64,000 nt of DNA, from contig DASYQE010000210.1 of the NCBI GenBank assembly GCA_036005805.1, positions 17,061 through 81,060 of the forward strand. Direction: 5' to 3'. The notes under the pieces are model-generated. The model saw nothing but the letters and a program-made list of their open reading frames with translations. It did no database searches and was not told the origin of the DNA. Shown here one piece after another: positions 44,986 to 54,171 of the stretch (position 1 is its first letter; each line of letters starts with the position of its first letter). The DNA is from Candidatus Polarisedimenticolia bacterium. Lineage in GTDB: Bacteria > Acidobacteriota > Polarisedimenticolia > Gp22-AA2. The translations under genes and the position numbers were made by a program.

Positions 44986-45794
44986 CAGGAGACGGTGACC
45001 CCGGAATAGGCGACGACCGAGGTCATGTCGCCGTTCGTCTGGCCGGAGTGACCGTAGGCGACCAGGGTCGCCGTTCCGGCGCCGAGCCGGCGCGCCGCCT
45101 CGAGCCCGGCGACCGCCGGGGCCACCCCGCACATGGTGATCCGGCCGTCACGCACGACCCGCCAGAGGCCTTCCGGATCGATCGCGAGAATGCGTTCGAG
45201 CGCCGGACGGTCGCGCCGTTCCACCTCGTCCGCCGGCTCGTAGTGCGTCATGTCGCTGCTGAGGACGAGGGTGACCGGATCCGCGCAAGCGCCGATCACG
45301 CGGGCGAGTCCGCGGCCGAGCTCGAGGAGCGCGTCGAGGCGGTGCGTCCCCACGCAGATCGGCACGAAACGACCCGCGGGAGCCAGGTGCTGCAGGAACG
45401 GGATCTGCACCTCGATGGAGTGCTCGCGACGGTGCGCCGCCACGTCGACGCGCGCGCGGCCGACCTCCGCCAGGACCGAGGCGGCCAGAGGCTGGTCGAT
45501 CGGCGCATCGCCGAGCGGCGTGCGCCACGCCCCTTCGGACTGCACGGCGATCGGCTCCCCCTCCCCCGTGTGGTTCGGTCCCAGCACGATGAATCGTTCC
45601 GGAAGCGGCCCGGACAGGTATGTCCGGGCGGCGATGCGGCCGGAATAGACGTAGCCGGCATGGGGCACGAGGAGTGCGCGCGGCGGCGGGCCATCCGGCA
45701 CCCGGCCTCCTGCGGTGAGCGCTTCGAGCTCGCTTCGAAGCGCACCTTCGCCGGCCGGATAGAAGGAACCGGCCACCGCCGGCCTGCGAATCAT
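44985..45794 (-). CDS. MEMO1 family protein (AmmeMemoRadiSam system protein B-like)
   Basis: MIRRPAVAGSFYP...VPHAGYVYSG...GPNH motifs. Its stop overlaps the lptD start by 1 nt (TGATG). Confidence 0.7.
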   Translation of the reverse strand: MIRRPAVAGSFYPAGEGALRSELEALTAGGRVPDGPPPRALLVPHAGYVYSGRIAARTYLSGPLPERFIVLGPNHTGEGEPIAVQSEGAWRTPLGDAPIDQPLAASVLAEVGRARVDVAAHRREHSIEVQIPFLQHLAPAGRFVPICVGTHRLDALLELGRGLARVIGACADPVTLVLSSDMTHYEPADEVERRDRPALERILAIDPEGLWRVVRDGRITMCGVAPAVAGLEAARRLGAGTATLVAYGHSGQTNGDMTSVVAYSGVTVS

Positions 45795-45934
45795 CGCCGT
45801 CCCCACCCGTCGTGCACGCGGCCCGGGGGCGTCCCGAGGCCGCGCGATGCTACCAGACGATCGTTCCAAAGTAAAGAAACACAATCACTTGCGTTGATGC
45901 GCCGGGTCGACGGCGTGCTACAATTCCCGGCTCC

Positions 45935-46804
45935 ATGCGCATCGCAATGGCCCAGATCGCGCCGCCCCTGGGCGACCCGGCGGCAAGCCTCAAGATCCAC
46001 CTCGCCGCCGCCCGCAAGGCGATCCGGGCGGGAGCGCGCCTCGTCGTGTTTCCCGAGCTCAGCCTGACGGGCTACCGCCTCCAGGACCTGGTGCCGGAGG
46101 TGGCGCGGCCGATCGATTCGAAGGGGCTGCTCGCGCCCCTCTTCGCCCTGAGCCGGCGCATCCCCATCGCGTTCGGCCTGGTGGAGGAATCGGAAGGACA
46201 TCGCTACTACAACAGCGCGGTCTTCCTGGAAGGGGGCCGTGTCCGGCACGTGCACCGCAAGGTCTATCTGCCGACCTACGGCATGTTCGAGGAGGGGCGC
46301 TACTTCTCGGCGGGCGATTCGTTCACCGCCTTCCGCACCCGGCTCGGCCGCATCGGCCTGCTCGTGTGCGAGGACCTCTGGCACCCGGCGAGCGCGCTGC
46401 TCCTGGCGCAGGATGGCGCCGACTACGTCCTCGTGCTCGCCAACAGCCCCGTGCAGTCGGGGGAAGGCGCCGGCGGACCGCGCAACCACGAGACCTGGCG
46501 CGATCTCATCCGGGTCACGGCGCAGCTGCAGACGGTGTTCGTCGTGCTCGTCAACCGCGGCGGCTGCGAGGACGGCATCTCCTTCTCGGGAGCGTCGGCG
46601 GCGGTCGATCCGCTCGGCCGCGTCATCGCGGAGGGACGGATGCTCGGCGACGACCTGGTCGTCTGCGACCTCGATCGGGCCGCGCTGCGGCGCGCGCGGA
46701 CCTTCTATCCGCTGCTGCGCGACGAGCGGCTCCCGGTGCTGCAGCGCGAGATCGGCAGGCTGCTCGCGGCGCCGGAGGCGGGGCGCGGGCCGGGGGGTTC
46801 GTGA
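45935..46804 (+). CDS. Carbon-nitrogen hydrolase (nitrilase superfamily)
   Basis: VVFPELSLTGY (catalytic Glu), HRKVYLP (Lys) and LLVCEDLWHP (Cys) catalytic triad context. Confidence 0.8.
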   Translation: MRIAMAQIAPPLGDPAASLKIHLAAARKAIRAGARLVVFPELSLTGYRLQDLVPEVARPIDSKGLLAPLFALSRRIPIAFGLVEESEGHRYYNSAVFLEGGRVRHVHRKVYLPTYGMFEEGRYFSAGDSFTAFRTRLGRIGLLVCEDLWHPASALLLAQDGADYVLVLANSPVQSGEGAGGPRNHETWRDLIRVTAQLQTVFVVLVNRGGCEDGISFSGASAAVDPLGRVIAEGRMLGDDLVVCDLDRAALRRARTFYPLLRDERLPVLQREIGRLLAAPEAGRGPGGS

Positions 46805-48609
46805 AGATTCACCTGGCCTACAAGTGCCACGACCTCGGGCGGATGGAGTTCTATTCGCGCTTCACGCCGCTCGGGCTGGGAACGATCACGGCGCTCCTGC
46901 GCCGCGAAGGCTTCGACGCCACCCTCGTCAACCTGAGCGCCTGGTCGTGGCCGAAGGTGAAGCGCTTCTTCGAAACCGAGCGGCCCGACATCGTCGGCGT
47001 GTCGGCCTTCACCTTCAACCGCCACGAGGCGATGCGTGTCGCCGCCCTGGCGCGCGCCGCCAACCCGCGGTGCCTCGTGGTGGCGGGAGGACCGCACGCC
47101 ACCCACCTGCCGCATCACCTGCTCGACCGTTATCCGCAGATCGATCTCGTCGCCCGCGGCGAGGGCGAGGAGACGATGCTCGAGATCGTCCGCGCGGCCG
47201 CCTCCGGGACGCTTCAGCGACCGGACCGCGGCGCAGGCGCCATGCTCGGCGCCGACCTCGCGGGAGCGGGGGCGGAGGGACCGCAGCCCATCGCCGGGCT
47301 CTCCTATCGCACGACCCAAGGCATCCGGGACACGCCCGAGCGGCCGGTGATCCGCGAGCTCGATCGGCTGCCGCATCCCGGCGCCGACCCGCACATCGTC
47401 GGCGTGGACGCGGAATCGCAGTTCGAGTTCGTCATCACCTCGCGCGGCTGCCCGGCCGCCTGCACCTTCTGCTCGTCGCCGGAATTCTGGGGGCGCGGCC
47501 TGCGGTTCCGCTCCGCCGCGCACATGATCGAGGAGGTGCGGATCCTGCGCGAACGGCACGGGGTCGTGTACCTGTCGATCCGCGACGACACCTTCACCGC
47601 GCATCGCCAGCGGGTGCTCGACTTCTGCCGCGGGCTCGAGGAGTCGGGGATCGACCTGCTCTGGGACTGCCAGTCGCGTGTCAACATCGTGGACGAGGAG
47701 CGCCTCGTCGCCATGCGGCGCGCCGGCTGCACGCACATCCAGTACGGCGTCGAATCGGGATCGCCGCGCATGATCGAGCGGCTGAACAAGGGGATCACCG
47801 TCGAGGAGATCCGCCGCGCCGCGGCGCTGACCCGCCGGGCCGGGCTCGGGCTGTCGATCTACCTCATCACCGGCATCGATGGCGAGACCGACGAGGACCT
47901 CGCGTCCACCGTGCGGCTCATCGAGGAGATCCGGCCGCACGACGGCCTGGTCTCGCCGCTCACGGTCTATCCGGGCACGGGGCTCGCCGACGAGGCGCGG
48001 CGCCGCCACGGCCTGACCGACGACTTCTGGATCCGAAGCACCGACGAGGCGTACTTCGTGCGCGACGACCCGTGGACCCGGCGCGCGGTGCGCACCCTCC
48101 GATCGACGCTGCGGCGCGTCGGCCGGGAGGCGGCGTATGGTCCGGAGGATTTCGACGCCCAGCGCCGTCTCGTGGGCGACTGCGCCACGCTGTGGCTGGC
48201 CCGGGGCGAATCCGCCGAGCGACGCGGCCGGCTGCTGCAGGCGCGCGACGAGTACGCGGCCCTCCTCTCGGCGCATCCGCGCAGCCTCTGGGCCCGGATG
48301 CGCCTGGGCCACATCGCGACGCGGCGGCGACGCTTCGCCGAGGCGGTGGAGCATTACGAGGCCGCCCTGGCCGTCGTCCCGGCCTTCCGGCACGCGGCCC
48401 GGCTGCTGGGCGCCGCGCGGCGTGACGCGAAACGGGCCGGTCAGGCCGGCGCGGCGGCGCCGGTCTCGGCCTCGACCCGGTTGACCAGGCGGCCGATGCC
48501 CTCGATCGACACGATCACCTCGTCCCCCGGCGCGAGCGGCCCGACCCCTTCCGGGGTGCCGGTCGCGACCACGTCCCCCGGCTCGAGGGTCATCACCCGG
48601 GAGATGTAG
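46801..48609 (+). CDS. B12-binding-domain radical SAM protein (class B) with a C-terminal TPR-like region
   Basis: GTG start overlapping the upstream stop as GTGA. N-terminal B12-binding Rossmann region, a CPAACTFCSS radical-SAM motif, and C-terminal helical repeats. The last roughly 170 nt overlap the convergent FAH-family gene. Confidence 0.75.
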   Translation: MKIHLAYKCHDLGRMEFYSRFTPLGLGTITALLRREGFDATLVNLSAWSWPKVKRFFETERPDIVGVSAFTFNRHEAMRVAALARAANPRCLVVAGGPHATHLPHHLLDRYPQIDLVARGEGEETMLEIVRAAASGTLQRPDRGAGAMLGADLAGAGAEGPQPIAGLSYRTTQGIRDTPERPVIRELDRLPHPGADPHIVGVDAESQFEFVITSRGCPAACTFCSSPEFWGRGLRFRSAAHMIEEVRILRERHGVVYLSIRDDTFTAHRQRVLDFCRGLEESGIDLLWDCQSRVNIVDEERLVAMRRAGCTHIQYGVESGSPRMIERLNKGITVEEIRRAAALTRRAGLGLSIYLITGIDGETDEDLASTVRLIEEIRPHDGLVSPLTVYPGTGLADEARRRHGLTDDFWIRSTDEAYFVRDDPWTRRAVRTLRSTLRRVGREAAYGPEDFDAQRRLVGDCATLWLARGESAERRGRLLQARDEYAALLSAHPRSLWARMRLGHIATRRRRFAEAVEHYEAALAVVPAFRHAARLLGAARRDAKRAGQAGAAAPVSASTRLTRRPMPSIDTITSSPGASGPTPSGVPVATTSPGSRVITREM

Positions 48610-49235
48610 GACAAGAGCACCCCGACGTCGAAGATCATCTGCTCCGTCGCGGCCGATTGGCGCCGCGTCCCGTTGACGAAGGTTTCGATGCACAGGCGCG
48701 CGGGATCGAGCCCGGGCACCACCACGGGCCCGAGCGGACAGAAGGTGTCGAATCCCTTGGCGCGCGTGAACTGCACGTCCTTCTTCTGCAGATCCCGGGC
48801 CGTCACGTCGTTGAGGCAGGCGTAGCCGAGGACAGAGGCCAGGGCACGCGCCGGATCGACCCGGCGCAGCGGCATCCCGATGACTGCCGCCAACTCCCCT
48901 TCGTGGTCGACCCGCGCACTCTCGGGAGGGAGCCGGATGACGCCCCGGTGCGGCAGGAGCGCCGTCGAGGGCTTGAGGAAGAGCAGCGGCTCCTCGGGCA
49001 CGTCGTGCCCGAGCTCTCTGGCGTGCGCCCGGTAATTGCGCCCGACGCAGACGATCTTGCGCGCGTCGACCGGGACGTCCCAGACCACACCGTCGAACGA
49101 ACGGACCGGACCGCGCGGCGTGAGGCCCGTGAACGGATCACCGTCCGTTTCGCGCCAGCCGTCTTTCTCGATGACGACGTGGAAGGGGCGCCCGTCCGGA
49201 TTCCGGAGGCGGGCGAACGGCAGGGCCGCGGGCAT
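48441..49235 (-). CDS. Fumarylacetoacetate hydrolase family protein
   Basis: FAH-fold motifs (KIVCVGRNY, DHEGELA, GTPEGVG). Confidence 0.8.
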   Translation of the reverse strand: MPAALPFARLRNPDGRPFHVVIEKDGWRETDGDPFTGLTPRGPVRSFDGVVWDVPVDARKIVCVGRNYRAHARELGHDVPEEPLLFLKPSTALLPHRGVIRLPPESARVDHEGELAAVIGMPLRRVDPARALASVLGYACLNDVTARDLQKKDVQFTRAKGFDTFCPLGPVVVPGLDPARLCIETFVNGTRRQSAATEQMIFDVGVLLSYISRVMTLEPGDVVATGTPEGVGPLAPGDEVIVSIEGIGRLVNRVEAETGAAAPA

Positions 49236-49245
49236 GGCGAACGGG

Positions 49246-49809
49246 CTACTTCGCCCGCTCGAGGTACTTCCCTTCGGTGGTGTCCACCCGGACCCTCTCG
49301 CCGATCTCGATGAACTGCGGCACCTGCACCTGGAGGCCGGTCTCGAGGGTGGCCGGCTTGCCGCTGTTGCTCGCGGTCACGCCCTTCATCCCCGGAGGCG
49401 TCTCGACCACCAGCAGATCGACCGTGGTCGGGAGATCGATGCCCACCGGACGCTGCTCGTAGAACTCCACCATGACCTTGGTGTTCGGCGTGATGTAGTT
49501 GACCGCGGGGCCGAGATCGTCGCGCTGGATGGCCACCTGGTCGAAGGTCTCGGTGTTCATGAAATGGAACTCGTCGCCGGAGGCGTACAGGAACTCCATT
49601 TCATGCTCCTCGAGGTCCGCCTTCTCGACCCGGTCCTCCGAACGGAAGCGGTGTTCGAAGCTGTTGCCGGTCTTGAGATTGCGCAGCTTGGCCTGGACCA
49701 TGCCGCGCCAGTTGCCGGGAGTCAGGTGGTAGACGCTGACGACGCGGCAGAGGTTGCCCTCGTGGAGGACCGCGTTCCCGGCGCGCAATTGTGTCGCTTG
49801 GATGTGCAC
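49246..49809 (-). CDS. efp: Elongation factor P
   Basis: GTG start after GGAGG. LRAGNAV...KPG...NLKTG has the conserved K of the KPGKG loop, and KOW and OB domains follow. Confidence 0.9.
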   Translation of the reverse strand: MHIQATQLRAGNAVLHEGNLCRVVSVYHLTPGNWRGMVQAKLRNLKTGNSFEHRFRSEDRVEKADLEEHEMEFLYASGDEFHFMNTETFDQVAIQRDDLGPAVNYITPNTKVMVEFYEQRPVGIDLPTTVDLLVVETPPGMKGVTASNSGKPATLETGLQVQVPQFIEIGERVRVDTTEGKYLERAK

Positions 49810-49938
49810 TTCCCCTCCGGTTTCTGGTCGAAGGCGGCAGTATAACCGCATTCGGAACCGCCTCGACCGCCCGTTGGGCTGCCCGCACCGGTTTGCGCTG
49901 GTTGCAATTCGGACTGGGGGTCTCTAGGCTTCGGGGCC

Positions 49939-50793
49939 ATGCCGCGGGTCCGGAGTCCTGATACGAGCCTCCCGGAAGAGCTGCGCATCGATGCGGAAGG
50001 GACGATCGACATCCTCGTCGAGGTGATCCGGGACGAGGTGCGCCGGGCGGGGTTCCGTCTCGCCGTGCTGGGCTTGTCGGGCGGGATCGATTCGGCGGTG
50101 AGCGCGGCACTGGCGGCCCGCGCGCTGGGGGCGAAAAACGTCCTGAGCGTGCTCCTCCCCTACCGCTCGTCCGATCCCCAAAGCGCGCGCGACGCGGCCG
50201 TCGTGGCGCGGCGGCTCGGGACGCCGACGGAGACCATCCCCATCACGCCGATGATCGATGCGTACTTCCGGCGCGACCGGCAGGCCACCCGGCTGCGGCG
50301 CGGCAACAAGATGGCGCGCGAGCGGATGGCGGTGCTCTACGACGTGTCGCTGCGCGACCGGCGGCTGGTGATCGGCACCAGCAACAAGACGGAGATCCTG
50401 ATCGGTTACGGCACCCTCTTCGGGGATCTCGCCTCCGGGGTGAACCCGCTCGGGGATCTCTACAAGACGCAGGTGCGGCAGGTGGCGCTGGCGCTGGGGC
50501 TGCCGGAGGAGCTCGTCTGGAAGACGGCGTCGGCCGACCTGTGGCAGGGGCAGTCGGACGAATCCGACATCGGCTACCGGTACCGCGACATCGACGCGGT
50601 CCTCCTGCGCCTGGTGGAGCGGCGCGATCGACCCGAGGACGTCGTGAAGGCGGGGTTCCCGAAGCGCATGGTGGCCGACCTGCACCGCCGCATGTCGCGG
50701 TCGCAGTTCAAGCGGCGTCCACCGATCATCGCCAAGCTGACGCGGCGCGCCGTCAACATCGACTTCCGTTACCCGCGCGACTGGGGATCGTGA
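49939..50793 (+). CDS. nadE: NH3-dependent NAD+ synthetase
   Basis: VLGLSGGIDSAV PP-loop and IGTSNKTE motif. Confidence 0.9.
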   Translation: MPRVRSPDTSLPEELRIDAEGTIDILVEVIRDEVRRAGFRLAVLGLSGGIDSAVSAALAARALGAKNVLSVLLPYRSSDPQSARDAAVVARRLGTPTETIPITPMIDAYFRRDRQATRLRRGNKMARERMAVLYDVSLRDRRLVIGTSNKTEILIGYGTLFGDLASGVNPLGDLYKTQVRQVALALGLPEELVWKTASADLWQGQSDESDIGYRYRDIDAVLLRLVERRDRPEDVVKAGFPKRMVADLHRRMSRSQFKRRPPIIAKLTRRAVNIDFRYPRDWGS

Positions 50794-51713
50794 GCCGGCG
50801 CGACGCGCCCGGTCCGGGTCCGGCCGCGGCGACCGGCGGATCGCGCGGCATCCTGCACGTCGTGGGGACGCCCCTCGGCCATCTCGAGGATCTCTCGCCG
50901 CGCGCGGTCGCGACCCTGCGAGCCTGCGCCCTGATCGCCTGCGAGGACACGCGCGTGACGCGCATCCTGCTCGACCGGCACGGCATCGACGTGCCGGTCG
51001 TCTCGTGCCACCGCTTCAACGAGCAGTCCCGCAGCGAGCGGATCCTGAGGACGCTCGCCGAAGGGCTCGACGTGGCCCTCACGACGGATGCCGGCACGCC
51101 GGGGATTTCCGACCCGGGGGCCGCGGTCGTGCGCGCGGCGCGGAGCGCCGGGTTCGCCGTGTCGCCCGTCCCCGGCCCCTCGGCGGTCGTGGCGCTCTGG
51201 TCGGTGAGCGGGCTCGAGGGTCCGTTCACCTTCATCGGCTTCCTGCCGCAGCGCGGCGGCGAGAGACGGCGCGCGCTGGAGGCGCTCGCCACCGAGCCGC
51301 GGCCGCTGGTCTTCTATGAGTCGCCGCACCGGATCCTGGCCATGCTGGAGGACGCGGAAGCGACACTCGGCGACCGGCCCGCGCTCCTCGGACGCGAACT
51401 GACGAAGCTCCACGAGGAGGTCCTGGCCGGACGCCTGTCGGAGATCCGCGCGCGATTGGCGCGCGGCCAGGTCCGCGGCGAGATCAGCCTGATCGTCGCC
51501 CCGGCGACGGCCGGAAGCTCCAAAACCGCCGACGCCGGCGGTGAAGCCGACGCCGAAACGCGGCTCGAGGCGGCGGCCGGAGAGGTGCTGCGCCTCGTCG
51601 AGAACGGGATCGACAAGGGGACGGCGCTGAAGCGCGTGGCGCGCGATCGCGGCGTGCCGCGGCGCGCCCTCTACGACCGCCTGGTCCGGATGAAGCGCCG
51701 CGACGACGACTGA
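50790..51713 (+). CDS. rsmI: 16S rRNA (cytidine1402-2'-O)-methyltransferase
   Basis: GILHVVGTPLGHLEDLSPRA...CEDTR tetrapyrrole-methylase-fold motifs. GTG start overlapping the nadE stop as GTGA. Confidence 0.85.
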   Translation: MSRRDAPGPGPAAATGGSRGILHVVGTPLGHLEDLSPRAVATLRACALIACEDTRVTRILLDRHGIDVPVVSCHRFNEQSRSERILRTLAEGLDVALTTDAGTPGISDPGAAVVRAARSAGFAVSPVPGPSAVVALWSVSGLEGPFTFIGFLPQRGGERRRALEALATEPRPLVFYESPHRILAMLEDAEATLGDRPALLGRELTKLHEEVLAGRLSEIRARLARGQVRGEISLIVAPATAGSSKTADAGGEADAETRLEAAAGEVLRLVENGIDKGTALKRVARDRGVPRRALYDRLVRMKRRDDD

Positions 51714-51742
51714 CCGGAAAGGTCGGCCGGGACGACCGGGGG

Positions 51743-52531
51743 TCAGGCCGGGAGCGGCTCGTCCTCGGGAGCGACCGTCTCGCCGCCCGGCGGCTCGTAC
51801 TCGTAGCGCAGGCAGCACTTGAGGCGGCCGCACATCCCCGAGAGCTTGCTCGGGTTGAGGCTCAGCTTCTGCGCCTTGGCCATCTTGATCGAGATCGGCG
51901 CGAAGCCCTTCAGGAAGGTGGAGCAGCAGAGGGTCCGGCCGCAGGGCCCGTACCCCCCGAGCGCCCCGGCCTCGTCGCGCACGCCGACCTGGCGCATCTC
52001 GATGCGGGTGCGGAAGTGAGCCGCCAGGTCGCGCACGAGATCCCGGAAGTCCACCCGGCCGTCGGCGGTGAACAGGAAGACCAGCTTCTTGGTCTCGGGC
52101 ACCTGCTCGACGCGCACCAGGCGCATGCCGAGGCTGCGCTCGCGCACGCGCTCGCGGCACCAGGCGAGGGCCGAGGTCTCCAGCGCGCGCTGCGCCAGGG
52201 ACTCGCGCAGGTCGTCCTCGCTGGCGCGGCGCAGGACCGACTTCATGCACGAGATGGAGCAGCCGCGCCGCGAGCGCGTCGTGGCCTGGGAGACCTCCCC
52301 CACCTCCCAGCCGCGATCGCTCTCGACGACGACGCGCTCGCCGAGGTCGAGGTCGAGCCCGCGCGCGTTGAACTGCACGACGCGCACCCGATCGCTGAGC
52401 CGCACGCCGACGACGGCGACGGTCCCGTCCGGGCTCTTGTCGGCGTCGTCACAGCCGCACCCGGCCGCGGTGGAAGCCGGCGGCGGGGCGGACGACGCGG
52501 CCGGATTGTCCGTCGTCGGGGGCGTTTCCAT
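51743..52531 (-). CDS. PSP1 C-terminal domain protein (RicT/YaaT-like)
   Basis: VVGVRLSDRVRVVQF...VESDRGWEVGEV and Cys-rich CGRTLCC...CGRLKCC motifs. The low-complexity N-terminal 35 aa suggest the true start may lie later. Confidence 0.7.
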   Translation of the reverse strand: METPPTTDNPAASSAPPPASTAAGCGCDDADKSPDGTVAVVGVRLSDRVRVVQFNARGLDLDLGERVVVESDRGWEVGEVSQATTRSRRGCSISCMKSVLRRASEDDLRESLAQRALETSALAWCRERVRERSLGMRLVRVEQVPETKKLVFLFTADGRVDFRDLVRDLAAHFRTRIEMRQVGVRDEAGALGGYGPCGRTLCCSTFLKGFAPISIKMAKAQKLSLNPSKLSGMCGRLKCCLRYEYEPPGGETVAPEDEPLPA

Positions 52532-52637
52532 GGCTGGGTGATCTCCTGCTCATGAGCCGGGCGAGTGCGCGCGCCCGGAAAGCGCGGAGGCCTATGCTAT
52601 GCTCGCGCTCCGAAACGCGTCAACCCGCGACGTGCGC

Positions 52638-53138
52638 ATGCCTCCCGAAAAAAAAGAAGAGCCGGGGCAGAAGAATCTCGTCTCCAACCGCCGCGCCTTC
52701 CACGATTTCCACATCGGCGAGCGGCACGAGGCGGGCATCGCCCTGCTCGGCACCGAGGTGAAGGCGCTGCGCGCCGGCCAGGCGAGCCTGCAGGACGCCT
52801 TCGCCCGCATCGATCGCGGGGAGATCTTCCTGCACCATCTCCACATCCCTCCCTACTCGCATCGCGGCTACGCCGAGCACGATCCGCTGCGCACCCGCAA
52901 GCTCCTGATGCACCGCGACGAGATCTTCAAGCTCGCCAGCCGCGCGCAGTCGGGCGGGACGACCCTGGTTCCGCTGCGTCTCTATCTCAAGGGAGGGCGG
53001 GTGAAGGTGGAGATCGCCGTCGCGCGCGGCAAGAAGGACTGGGACAAGCGCGAGTCGGAGCGCGAGCGCGAGCAGAAGCAGGAGGCGCGCGACGCGCGCG
53101 GCCGGGCCTCGCGCGGCATCGACCGCCGCGGCTCCTGA
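52638..53138 (+). CDS. smpB: SsrA-binding protein
   Basis: NRRAFHDFHIGERHEAGIALLGTEVKALRAG core. Start taken at the ATG (MPPEKKEE); an alternative ATG at 52599 has a GGAGG 9 nt upstream. Confidence 0.88.
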   Translation: MPPEKKEEPGQKNLVSNRRAFHDFHIGERHEAGIALLGTEVKALRAGQASLQDAFARIDRGEIFLHHLHIPPYSHRGYAEHDPLRTRKLLMHRDEIFKLASRAQSGGTTLVPLRLYLKGGRVKVEIAVARGKKDWDKRESEREREQKQEARDARGRASRGIDRRGS

Positions 53139-53168
53139 TCGCCTCTCGACGCCGGCGACGCCTCCGGC

Positions 53169-53960
53169 TCAGCGGTTCCCGCCGACGCGCCCGGTTTCGG
53201 GGCTGCTGGCGGTGGCGTAGGGCTTCTTCTCGATCCGCCCGGCTTCGTAAGCGAGCCGGCCCGCCTCGACGGCCAGGCGCATCGCCCTGGCCATCGCGAC
53301 AGGGTCGCGCGCGCCGGCGATGCCGGTGTTCATCAGGACGCCGTCCGCCCCCAGCTCCAGGGCGATGGCGGCGTCCGAGGCGGTGCCGACGCCCGCGTCC
53401 ACGATCACCGGGATCTCCGGAATCGCTTCGATGAGAAGCCGAAGATTCAGGGCGTTCTGGATGCCGAGCCCCGAGCCGATGGGCGCGCCGAGCGGCATCA
53501 CGGCGGCGGCGCCGGCGTCGCGCAGGCGCTTCGCCACCACCAGGTCGTCGTTGGTGTACGGCAGGACGACGAACCCGTCCTTCACGAGCGTCCGGGTCGC
53601 CTGAAGCAGCCCTTCGTTGTCGGGGAGCAGCGTCTTCTCGTCGCCGATCACCTCGACCTTGACGAGCTCCGAGAGCCCCGCCTCGCGCCCCAGGCGCGCC
53701 ACGCGCACGGCCTCGTCCGCCGTGTAGCAGCCGGCGGTGTTCGGCAGGACGGCGAGCCCGAGGTCGGCGAGGACGTCGAGGATGGACGGCTCGCCGCGCT
53801 TGCCGAGATCGACGCGCCGCACCGCGACCGTCACCATGGTCGCGCCGGACGCCTCGATGGCCTGGCGCGCCACCTCAAGGCTCGGGTACTTGCCGGTCCC
53901 GACGATGAGCCGCGATCCGAGCTCCCGTCCGCCGAACGTCAAGGATCCTTTGCGCGCCAC
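53169..53960 (-). CDS. thiG: Thiazole synthase
   Basis: LIVGTGKY...VLPYTNDD...[13 protein letters not shown] motifs. Confidence 0.92.
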   Translation of the reverse strand: MARKGSLTFGGRELGSRLIVGTGKYPSLEVARQAIEASGATMVTVAVRRVDLGKRGEPSILDVLADLGLAVLPNTAGCYTADEAVRVARLGREAGLSELVKVEVIGDEKTLLPDNEGLLQATRTLVKDGFVVLPYTNDDLVVAKRLRDAGAAAVMPLGAPIGSGLGIQNALNLRLLIEAIPEIPVIVDAGVGTASDAAIALELGADGVLMNTGIAGARDPVAMARAMRLAVEAGRLAYEAGRIEKKPYATASSPETGRVGGNR

Positions 53961-53964
53961 GACC

Positions 53965-54165
53965 TCATCCTCCTCCGACCAGGGTCACGACTTCGATCAC
54001 GTCGCCTTCCGCGAGCACGACACCGGCGTACTGCCCGCGCGGCACGATTTCACCATTGCGCTCGACGGCGATGCGCGCCGCCGGCAGGCCCAGCCGCCCG
54101 ATGAGAGCCTCGAGGGTCGCCCCTTCCGGCGCCTCGGCCACCGAACCGTTCAGGCGCAGCTGCAC
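53965..54165 (-). CDS. thiS: Sulfur carrier protein ThiS
   Basis: 66 aa ending in GGG. Lies immediately upstream of thiG. Confidence 0.8.
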   Translation of the reverse strand: MQLRLNGSVAEAPEGATLEALIGRLGLPAARIAVERNGEIVPRGQYAGVVLAEGDVIEVVTLVGGG

Positions 54166-54171
54166 GGCGGC

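Noticed and set aside
42202-45009. 935-aa ORF on the plus strand, and similar long ORFs at 114..1454, 925..2358, 3223..4968, 4907..6703, 12419..13972, 18628..20751, 20646..23180, 32487..34937, 46239..48425 and 56197..58422
   Set aside because: Each is antisense to, or out of frame with, a well-supported conserved gene (lptD, moaA, pyrG, kdsA/D, GT9, AAA+, groEL, clpB, rSAM, activator). Their translations are Arg/Ala/Pro/Gly-rich with no recognisable motifs. These are the long stop-free frames expected at about 70% GC.
44985-48609. AmmeMemoRadiSam three-gene system (AMMECR1 + MEMO1 + radical SAM)
   Set aside because: Only the MEMO1-like member is present. The nearby radical SAM is a large B12-binding class-B enzyme on the other strand rather than the small activase-like partner, and no AMMECR1-like ORF exists in the window.
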